From: a virus
IMG/VR virus record: IMGVR_UViG_3300032219_000648
Length of the DNA: 37,929 nucleotides
Strand: one strand, 5' to 3'
The translations under genes and the position numbers were made by a program. Position 1 is the stretch's first letter. Each line of letters begins with the position of its first letter. Positions 14,964 through 21,729 of the stretch are shown here, piece by piece. The notes beneath the pieces were generated by a model. The model saw nothing but the letters and a program-made list of their open reading frames with translations, did not search any database and was not told the origin of the DNA.

Positions 14964-14985
14964 ATTATTCACTCCTATTGGTTGG

Positions 14986-15159
14986 TTAAAGCACGTTCAA
15001 ACGAGCGCGGGCAGCATCTTCTTTTTCTGCCCATGTCTTAAGGCGAAGCAGCTTGGCGATCAGTCTGTCGCGCTCGTTATTGGCATGGGTGTCGGTGGAT
15101 TTTTCACCAGCCAATATGCCTGCAAGATAGGCAGCTTCTGTTTGCGTTAGATATTCCAT
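14986..15159 (-). CDS. Hypothetical protein, 57 aa
   Basis: ATG 15159 has an AAGGAGAG SD. The track start at 15192 is less likely. Confidence 0.6.
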   Translation of the reverse strand: MEYLTQTEAAYLAGILAGEKSTDTHANNERDRLIAKLLRLKTWAEKEDAARARLNVL

Positions 15160-15160
15160 G

Positions 15161-15274
15161 TTACTCTCCTTCTTTATCGTTACGACTAGCAAATGCTAAA
15201 CCAGCCAACATGCAAACAACCCATATGAATGCAAACACATTGAATGGAATATACTGTGATAAATCAAAAGCCAT
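15161..15274 (-). CDS. 37-aa membrane peptide (MAFDLSQYIPFNVFAFIWVVCMLAGLAFASRNDKEGE), first gene of the leftward early operon
   Basis: AGAGGGA SD 6 nt upstream. Hydrophobic core. Below the track cutoff. Confidence 0.45.
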   Translation of the reverse strand: MAFDLSQYIPFNVFAFIWVVCMLAGLAFASRNDKEGE

Positions 15275-15304
15275 TGTCAGTCCCTCTTTGCTATTGAGGT
15301 GTTA

Positions 15305-15435
15305 ACAATAGGAACATTGTTCTGGTTAGTAAAAATATATAATTTTATTGATTGGTAAAAAATAGTAACCAATCAAATCACATTAGAATGTGAATTGCCT
15401 CACCCTATAATATAATTGTGCAGGAACATGGTTCC
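15305..15435. promoter_or_regulatory. Divergent early control region with two GGAAC-N3-GTTCC operator copies and candidate leftward/rightward promoters
   Basis: O2 is GGAACATTGTTCT (15311-15323), lying inside a minus-strand TTACTA-N16-TATTGT. O3 is GGAACATGGTTCC (15423-15435), just downstream of a plus-strand TTAGAA-N17-TATAAT (15383-15411). The AT-rich core carries TTGATTGGT-N11-ACCAATCAA (15348-15376). Confidence 0.45.
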
Positions 15436-15511
15436 GCTTTATGGTGGTGGATAGAGAGCGCCGGGTTTCGTTTCTTGCGCGTCTCCGAACCCATTCGGTC
15501 GCATACTAATA

Positions 15512-15743
15512 CACTGTTACAGTCTGAAACCCGCAGAAATGCGTTAGTTTTTGAGCCGGGGAGGGGTGGTGGCATTTAAATTTGACCCCCCCCGCCCCGG
15601 TCTTGCGCGGGGGGCGCGTGCGCACAACCTGACAGACATCGAGGTGTGCCCCCACCCCCCGTACTCCTTTATTTTTGATCCCCCAGCCAAAAAAAATTTC
15701 TAACTTTTTGCTTGCCAAGTTGTAACAATAGAGTGTAACAGTG
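15512..15743. repeat. 13/14 inverted repeats bracketing a 204-bp structured, homopolymer-rich noncoding segment upstream of the recombinase
   Basis: CACTGTTACAGTCT (15512-15525) versus the reverse complement of AGAGTGTAACAGTG (15730-15743). The interior has an imperfect hairpin at 15556-15600 with an ATTTAAAT loop, plus C8, G6, C5, C6 and A8 runs and the palindrome GTGCGCAC. Confidence 0.6.
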
Positions 15744-15771
15744 ATGCACAACAACAAACGGGAGAAATACG

Positions 15772-16452
15772 TTGGCAGTTTATGGATACACTCGCGTCTC
15801 GACTGAAGACCAGATTGAGAACACATCGCTCGATGATCAAGCCCGCCAAATCCAAGGCATCGCGCTCACACATAATTTGGAACTGGACCATATATATGAA
15901 GAGCGTGGCGTCTCTGGCGGCGTCCCGCTGCTCCGCCGAGAAGAAGGCTGCAAGCTGGCGTTCCTACGGCCGGGCGATACCGTCATCGTATCGAAGCTGG
16001 ACCGTATGTTTCGCGATGCGAGAGACGCACTAAACGTGATTGCCGACTGGGAGACGGCGAACATTAATCTCATCATCAACGGCTACGGCAATGTGATGGA
16101 CAAGGCCAACCCGAACGGCCGCTTCATGCTAGAGATCATGGCCGTCTTCGCCGGGGAAGAGCGCCGCCGTATCAGAGAACGTGTCACCGCCGGTAAGAGA
16201 GCCAAGCGTTCGCAGGGCGGATATGTCGGCGGCAAAGTGCCATTTGGGTTTAAGAAGTCAGGCACAGGCCGCAAGGCCAAGCTGCACCCAGAACCAAATG
16301 CGCAGGACGCGCTAATTACAATGAAAGCCGCACGCGTTAAAGGTCATAGCTACCGCGATATTGCTATTATCGTAGCAAAGCGTCATGGTATATCAGTTAG
16401 CCATCAAACAATCGCACGCGTAATCCGGGGAGATAAGAATGACGAAATCTGA
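15772..16452 (+). CDS. Small serine recombinase (resolvase/invertase family) with C-terminal HTH
   Basis: YGYTRVSTEDQ (catalytic Ser), VSKLDRMFRD, EERRRIRERVTAG, and C-terminal HTH SYRDIAIIVAKRHGISVSHQTIARVIR. TTG start with a GGGAGA SD. The 3' end overlaps terL by 14 nt. Confidence 0.9.
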   Translation: MAVYGYTRVSTEDQIENTSLDDQARQIQGIALTHNLELDHIYEERGVSGGVPLLRREEGCKLAFLRPGDTVIVSKLDRMFRDARDALNVIADWETANINLIINGYGNVMDKANPNGRFMLEIMAVFAGEERRRIRERVTAGKRAKRSQGGYVGGKVPFGFKKSGTGRKAKLHPEPNAQDALITMKAARVKGHSYRDIAIIVAKRHGISVSHQTIARVIRGDKNDEI

Positions 16453-17848
16453 GCCGAACTTCTTTTTAGAGTTCCTGAAGAAATACCGCGATGATCCTGT
16501 AGGGTTCGTGCGGGATATTCTGAGAACTAAGCCAGACCCTTGGCAAGTCGAGTTTCTGAAAGCGATCAGCGCCGGGAACCGTCGTATTTCCGTTCGCTCA
16601 GGCCACGGCGTCGGCAAATCGACAGCCGCAAGCTGGGCCATGCTGCATTACTTTCTGACGCGGTATCCGGTAAAGGTCGTTGTGACTGCGCCGACATCCG
16701 CACAGTTGTTCGATGCGATGTTCGCGGAACTGAAGCGATGGGTGAATGAACTGCCCGAAGTGCTGAAGGTTCTGATCGAAGTCAAGACCGACCGTATTGA
16801 ATTGAAGGCCGCAGCCAGTGAAGCCTTTATCTCCGCCAGAACGAGCCGAGCAGAAACGCCAGAAGCCTTGCAGGGTATCCACGCCGACAACGTGCTGCTC
16901 GTCGCAGACGAAGCGTCCGGTATTCCCGAAAGTGTGTTTGAAGCTGCGTCCGGTTCTATGTCCGGTCACAATGCGACGACGCTTCTTCTGGGCAACCCAA
17001 CGCGAAACACTGGATTATTCTACGATACGCACAACCGCTTAAAGGGTGAATGGAAGACCTTCCACGTTAGCTGCCTCGACAGCCCACGCGTATCCGATGC
17101 GTTCGTCCGAGAGATGCAGTTGCGGTACGGCGAAGACAGCCCGGCCTACCATGTCCGTGTCCTTGGTAACTTCCCGCCGCGTGAAGAAGATACCGTCATC
17201 CCGGTCGAGTTGATCGACAGCGCCATGAACCGCGAGATTAAGATCGCCAAGCAAACGAAAAGTGTGTGGGGCCTAGACGTGGCGCGTATGGGTTCCGACG
17301 CTTCCGCCCTCGCCAAGCGGCGTGGGCCGGTCGTTGAGGAGATACAGACTTGGAAAGGTCTGGACCTAATGCAGCTAACCGGCGCAGTCGTAGCCGAGTT
17401 TGAGGCGCTGCCGCCATCGGAACAGCCGGTCGAGATATTGGTCGATAGCATCGGGTTGGGGGCGGGTGTGCTTGACCGTCTGCGCGAACTGGGTCTGCCA
17501 GCGCGAGGGATCAACGTGGCGGAAAGCCCCGCGCTGAAAGGAACTTACGCCAACCTACGCGCCGAGTTGTGGTTCAAATGCAAAGGGTGGCTGGCGAACC
17601 GCGATGTTAAGATACCGAAGGATGAGCAGTTGTTCGCCGAGTTGGCGTCACCGCGCTACACCTTTACCTCGTCGGGCAAGATGCAGGTGGAGAGCAAGGA
17701 GAGTATGAAGAAGCGCGGGCTTCCGTCACCAGACAAGGCGGACGCTTTGTGTCTATGTCTGGCCACCGACCTGTCAACGATTATGCACGGATATTCGATG
17801 GCCAACAAGTCCGGCGCGTTGCGTCGAAATATAAAAGGTGTAGTTTGA
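16439..17848 (+). CDS. terL: Terminase large subunit
   Basis: Walker A-like RSGHGVGKST, Walker B LLVADEASGI, and nuclease-domain acidic motifs (WGLDVARMGSD, ILVDSIGLG, SPDKADAL). Confidence 0.9.
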   Translation: MTKSEPNFFLEFLKKYRDDPVGFVRDILRTKPDPWQVEFLKAISAGNRRISVRSGHGVGKSTAASWAMLHYFLTRYPVKVVVTAPTSAQLFDAMFAELKRWVNELPEVLKVLIEVKTDRIELKAAASEAFISARTSRAETPEALQGIHADNVLLVADEASGIPESVFEAASGSMSGHNATTLLLGNPTRNTGLFYDTHNRLKGEWKTFHVSCLDSPRVSDAFVREMQLRYGEDSPAYHVRVLGNFPPREEDTVIPVELIDSAMNREIKIAKQTKSVWGLDVARMGSDASALAKRRGPVVEEIQTWKGLDLMQLTGAVVAEFEALPPSEQPVEILVDSIGLGAGVLDRLRELGLPARGINVAESPALKGTYANLRAELWFKCKGWLANRDVKIPKDEQLFAELASPRYTFTSSGKMQVESKESMKKRGLPSPDKADALCLCLATDLSTIMHGYSMANKSGALRRNIKGVV

Positions 17849-18019
17849 CATAAATAAAAGATGTGATATATTTGTCTTGCTCGGCAGGTTTTTCTCTCCC
17901 TCTTGCCTGCCGAGTGTCTTGGGTGCTAAGGGGTGTGCGCGGCGGGTTTCGCCGATAATAGCGACTAAACAAAGATGCCTACTCCCGTCTCTTGTTCAAA
18001 ACGCCGCCACCCCGATTTT

Positions 18020-18048
18020 TTGCTTTTCCACAAATTTTAGGCTATAGG
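18020..18048 (+). promoter_or_regulatory. Candidate sigma70-type promoter TTGCTT-N17-TATAGG upstream of the endonuclease VII gene
   Basis: TTGCTT 18020-18025, 17-nt spacer, TATAGG 18043-18048. GGGAG SD 7 nt before GTG 18069. Confidence 0.35.
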
Positions 18049-18068
18049 CGTCCGTAGGGAGCGAACCC

Positions 18069-18491
18069 GTGGAAACAAAGACTTGTGTGACATGCGGCGG
18101 AGAGAAGCCCCTTGATGACTTTTACCCCCGAAGACGCTCCTGTAAGTCATGCGTGCGCGAACACCAACGCCGTTTCAGAAACGCCCAGCCAGACTATAAC
18201 CGCGCTCACAATCTCCAAAAGCGTTATGGTATAAGCGTCGATGAGTATAAAACTCTCCTCGCCAACCATAATTTTGCTTGCGCTATTTGTAAGGTAGAAA
18301 TACCTGACGCATTAGGTTATAAGGGCGGAGGATCAGGTGTCGTAGATCATAACCACGAAACGGGTGATGTGCGCGGCATATTATGTTCAAAGTGTAATTT
18401 AGTTCTTGGCCACGCACGAGAGAGTACGGATATTCTTTATCAGGCCATTGTGTACTTGAGTGAGCGCGGCGCGTATACGCCAAAGAAATAG
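18069..18491 (+). CDS. Endonuclease VII family (T4 gp49-like / HNH-related) nuclease
   Basis: CAICKVE...VVDHNHETGDVRGILCSKCNLVLG is the Endonuclease_7 signature. N-terminal CxxC...CxxC zinc ribbon. GTG start. Confidence 0.85.
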   Translation: METKTCVTCGGEKPLDDFYPRRRSCKSCVREHQRRFRNAQPDYNRAHNLQKRYGISVDEYKTLLANHNFACAICKVEIPDALGYKGGGSGVVDHNHETGDVRGILCSKCNLVLGHARESTDILYQAIVYLSERGAYTPKK

Positions 18492-18501
18492 GTTTGATTG
18501 C

Positions 18502-18792
18502 ATGGTTGCGAAGCGTTTTCAAAATCCGAAGGGCGGCCTCAATGCAGCGGGGCGTAGCCACTTCAAGAAGACCGAAGGGGCCAACTTGAAAGCGCCTGTT
18601 AAATCAGGGGATAATCCACGGAGGGCATCATTCTTAGCGCGTATGGGCAATATGCCGGGGCCGGAGCGTAATGCGAAAGGCGAACCAACCCGCCTTCTCT
18701 TATCTCTGCAAGCGTGGGGTGCGTCATCTAAAGCAGACGCGAAGTCCAAAGCCAAAGCCATATCAGCCCGAAACAAGGGGAAGTCAAAATGA
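18502..18792 (+). CDS. Small basic protein, 96 aa (KGGLNAAGR...NLKAPV...PRRASFLARM family)
   Basis: I recall this conserved pattern from small proteins of aquatic phages. ATG 18502. The track start at 18460 overlaps the upstream gene. Confidence 0.6.
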   Translation: MVAKRFQNPKGGLNAAGRSHFKKTEGANLKAPVKSGDNPRRASFLARMGNMPGPERNAKGEPTRLLLSLQAWGASSKADAKSKAKAISARNKGKSK

Positions 18793-18941
18793 AGATGGGT
18801 CTATACAGCAACATCGCGGCCAAGAAGGCACGGATAAAAGCTGGTTCTGGCGAAAAGATGCGTAAGCCGGGGACGAAAGGCGCTCCTACTGCGGCCGCAT
18901 TTAAGGCTGCCGCGAAAACCGCAAAGGGTAAAAAGAAATGA
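18789..18941 (+). CDS. Small Lys/Ala-rich basic protein, 50 aa
   Basis: ATGA overlaps at both ends. MKMGLYSNIAAKKARIKAGSGEKMRKPGTKGAPT... Below the track cutoff. Confidence 0.55.
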   Translation: MKMGLYSNIAAKKARIKAGSGEKMRKPGTKGAPTAAAFKAAAKTAKGKKK

Positions 18942-19114
18942 AGAAACCTACTAAGGCCGACAAGAAGATTGCTAAGGTCATGGGCGAATATAAGCGTGGC
19001 ACATTGCACGCTGGCGTGAACCCTAAAGGCCCCGCAAAGGCTCCCTTGGCTAAATCGCGTAAACAGGCTATAGCTATTGCCCTGTCCGAAGCTGGAAAGT
19101 CGAAAAAGAAATAA
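18938..19114 (+). CDS. Small basic protein, 58 aa (DUF6496-like SRKQAIAIALSEA motif)
   Basis: KVMGEYKRGTLHAG...KSRKQAIAIALSEAGK. ATGA and TAATG coupling. Below the track cutoff. Confidence 0.6.
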   Translation: MKKPTKADKKIAKVMGEYKRGTLHAGVNPKGPAKAPLAKSRKQAIAIALSEAGKSKKK

Positions 19115-19377
19115 TGGAGACACAAAAGTTTCTAGGCCGAAATGAATTGGTTGACAGACTTGCTGCGCAAGTTGGCGACCGGGACATGGCTATAGGGCTT
19201 TTGATTAAAAACGGGCTTATGACCACCGATGGTAAGTTAACCGCCAAAGGCCATGCCCGTAATGCTATGACCGCAGAAGAGCGTGCAGTTGACCGCGCTG
19301 TAAAGCGTAGTGGTAAAAATCACGGGGATTATGTATATGATCCTCGTACTAACCGCGCTACATTACGGAAGAGATAG
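19114..19377 (+). CDS. Hypothetical protein, 87 aa
   Basis: TAATG coupling. Lies immediately upstream of portal. Confidence 0.65.
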   Translation: METQKFLGRNELVDRLAAQVGDRDMAIGLLIKNGLMTTDGKLTAKGHARNAMTAEERAVDRAVKRSGKNHGDYVYDPRTNRATLRKR

Positions 19378-19380
19378 TAA

Positions 19381-21729
19381 ATGGCATATCGCAATAACCG
19401 CAAGCCGACTAAGGATCAGATGGCTAAGAACAACCGTATGTATCAGGATACGGGTGTTCCCAACGCCAACTCTGAAAACGACGACAGCGAAGATATGTCT
19501 AAGGAAACCGAGATTGAACTTCCCGATGGCACGGAAGTTTCTATCGAAGAACCTGAAATGGAAGACGAGCAGGTAGAAGACCCTGTATCGGAAGAAGAAC
19601 TTCAGAACATTATCACCGCCGAGATTGACGACGCGCAGGATTATATCGACGATGTGATCTCGCCAGAGCGTGCGCTTGCGGGCCAGTATTATAAGGGCGA
19701 ACCTTTCGGCAACGAAGAGGAAGGCCGGTCGCAGGCTATCTCGATGGATGTACGGGATACTGTACAGGCCATGATGCCGTCGATCATGAAAGTATTTTTC
19801 GCGGCGAACAACGTCGTCGAGTTCGCGCCGAACGGCCCAGAAGATGTTGACAGTGCGCAGCAAGCGACGGATTACGTCAACTACTGCCTGACACGCGACA
19901 ACAACCTATTCAATGAATGCTACTCCACATTCAAGGACGCATTGATCCGTAAGAACGGTATCATGAAAGTTTGGTGGAATACCGAGAAGGATGTCACGAC
20001 CCACTACTTCACGGGTCTGGACGAAGCTACCTTCTCGGTTCTTCAGGCCGATGAGAATATCGAAGTTAAGGACGTAGAAATTCGCATGAGCGAAACTATG
20101 ACCATGACGCCGATGGGCGAAATGATGCAGCAGACGCCGCCCACTTATGACTGCACCGTTGTCCGCACCACGGAGAAGGGCCGCCTGTGCGTCCAGTCCG
20201 TACCGCCCGAAGAGTTTCTGATTGACCGCCGTGCGCGTTCTATTGAGACAGCCGAGTTTGTAGCCCACCGTCGCTACGTCACCGTATCCGATCTCGTGAA
20301 GATGGGCTACGAGTGGGACGAGGTTCAAGACCTTGGCTTCGAAACGCTTGATGACTTTGAAGGCAACCAAGAAGCCTTTGATCGTAACCCGCAAGCATTC
20401 GTTCAGATCACCGGCCGCACAGATACGACATCGCGCAAAGTCCTTTATATTGAGGGCTATGTGTATGTTGACATGGACGGCGACGGGATCGCGGAACTTT
20501 GCCGCGTCTGCGTTGCTGGCACGGCCAACAAGATACTTCACTACGAACCCTGCGACTTTATTCCGTTCGTAGACTTCTGCCCTGATCCAGAGCCGCACAC
20601 ATTCTTCGGTATGTCGATTGCCGACGTGACGATGGACATTCAGCTTATCAAGTCGAATATCCTGCGCAACACGCTGGACAGCTTGGCCCAGTCTATCCAC
20701 CCACGCACGGGTGTCGTTGAAGGCCAAGTCAATCTCGAAGACGTGATGAACACCGAAGTCGGTGGCATCATTCGTATGCGTGCACCGGGAATGGTGCAGC
20801 CGTTCACGATGCCGTTCGTTGGGCAGCAAGCCTTCCCGATGTTGCAGTATATGGATGAACTGCGCGAGAACCGCACAGGTATTTCCAAGGCCGCGTCTGG
20901 CCTCGATGCGAATGCGCTTCAGTCTTCGACCCGCGCTGCTGTCGCGGCCACGATTACTGCTGCGGCGCAACATATCGAACTGATCTGCCGTATCTTCGCC
21001 GAGACGGGCATGAAGGGTCTGTTCCGCAAGTCGTTGCAGCTTATCATCAAGAACCAAGATGCTCCGCGCATGGTGCGTCTGCGCAATACGTTCGTGCCGA
21101 TTGACCCACGGGTATGGGACGCGAATATGGATGTCGTCGTCAATGTCGCTATCGGGACTGGTAGCAACGAAGAGAAGATGGCGTTCTTAGGCCAAGTCGC
21201 CGCCAAGCAAGAGATGCTGATGCAGATGGGCGCTCCATTGGCGGACATGCAGGGTTACTATAATACGTTAGCTCAGATGATGGCGCTGGCTGGGTTTAAA
21301 GACCCGACCGTGTTCTTCAAAGACCCGGCCATGATGCCGCCTCCGCCACCACCTGCACCACCGCAGCCGACACCGGAAGAGATGCTGTCTCAGGTTCAGA
21401 TGGAAGCAATCCGCGCTGACATCCAGAAGAAGGCGGCTGAACTTGAGTTGCAGCGCGAAGAGATGCTGCGCAAGGACGACCGTGAGCGCGACAAACTCGA
21501 CGCCGATCTGATGATTAAGGCCGCTGAGATTGAAGCCAAGTATGGCACGCAGGTTAACACGGCCAACATCGAAGCGTTGATGCAGCGCGACCGCGAGTTC
21601 CTACGCCAGCAAGGCGAGATGGATCGTGCGGCGGTGCAAGCTGCACAAGCCGCGCAGAATGCACAGATGGCGCAAGCGGTTCAGCAAGCGCAGATGCAAC
21701 CTGAAATGCCACCAGAAGGAATGATGTGA
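19381..21729 (+). CDS. Portal protein
   Basis: 782 aa, placed between the terL cluster and scaffold/capsid. ALAGQYYKGEPFGNEEEGRSQAISMDVRDTV is portal-like. Q/A-rich coiled C-terminus. Confidence 0.8.
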   Translation: MAYRNNRKPTKDQMAKNNRMYQDTGVPNANSENDDSEDMSKETEIELPDGTEVSIEEPEMEDEQVEDPVSEEELQNIITAEIDDAQDYIDDVISPERALAGQYYKGEPFGNEEEGRSQAISMDVRDTVQAMMPSIMKVFFAANNVVEFAPNGPEDVDSAQQATDYVNYCLTRDNNLFNECYSTFKDALIRKNGIMKVWWNTEKDVTTHYFTGLDEATFSVLQADENIEVKDVEIRMSETMTMTPMGEMMQQTPPTYDCTVVRTTEKGRLCVQSVPPEEFLIDRRARSIETAEFVAHRRYVTVSDLVKMGYEWDEVQDLGFETLDDFEGNQEAFDRNPQAFVQITGRTDTTSRKVLYIEGYVYVDMDGDGIAELCRVCVAGTANKILHYEPCDFIPFVDFCPDPEPHTFFGMSIADVTMDIQLIKSNILRNTLDSLAQSIHPRTGVVEGQVNLEDVMNTEVGGIIRMRAPGMVQPFTMPFVGQQAFPMLQYMDELRENRTGISKAASGLDANALQSSTRAAVAATITAAAQHIELICRIFAETGMKGLFRKSLQLIIKNQDAPRMVRLRNTFVPIDPRVWDANMDVVVNVAIGTGSNEEKMAFLGQVAAKQEMLMQMGAPLADMQGYYNTLAQMMALAGFKDPTVFFKDPAMMPPPPPPAPPQPTPEEMLSQVQMEAIRADIQKKAAELELQREEMLRKDDRERDKLDADLMIKAAEIEAKYGTQVNTANIEALMQRDREFLRQQGEMDRAAVQAAQAAQNAQMAQAVQQAQMQPEMPPEGMM

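Noticed and set aside
15506-15826. 106-aa minus-strand ORF in the recombinase upstream region
   Set aside because: It overlaps the recombinase start and runs through homopolymer tracts and hairpins. It has no SD and an implausible composition.
15772-16452. Interpretation of the serine recombinase as a lysogeny integrase
   Set aside because: It is a 226-aa resolvase/invertase-type enzyme without the large C-terminal domains of serine integrases. No repressor/immunity module or tRNA-like attP was seen. A temperate lifestyle is therefore not supported by the sequence.
19906-21057. 383-aa ORF on the minus strand
   Set aside because: It is entirely antisense to the portal gene. Its composition is Arg/Leu/His-rich and there is no SD. 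It is a typical shadow ORF of a codon-biased gene.
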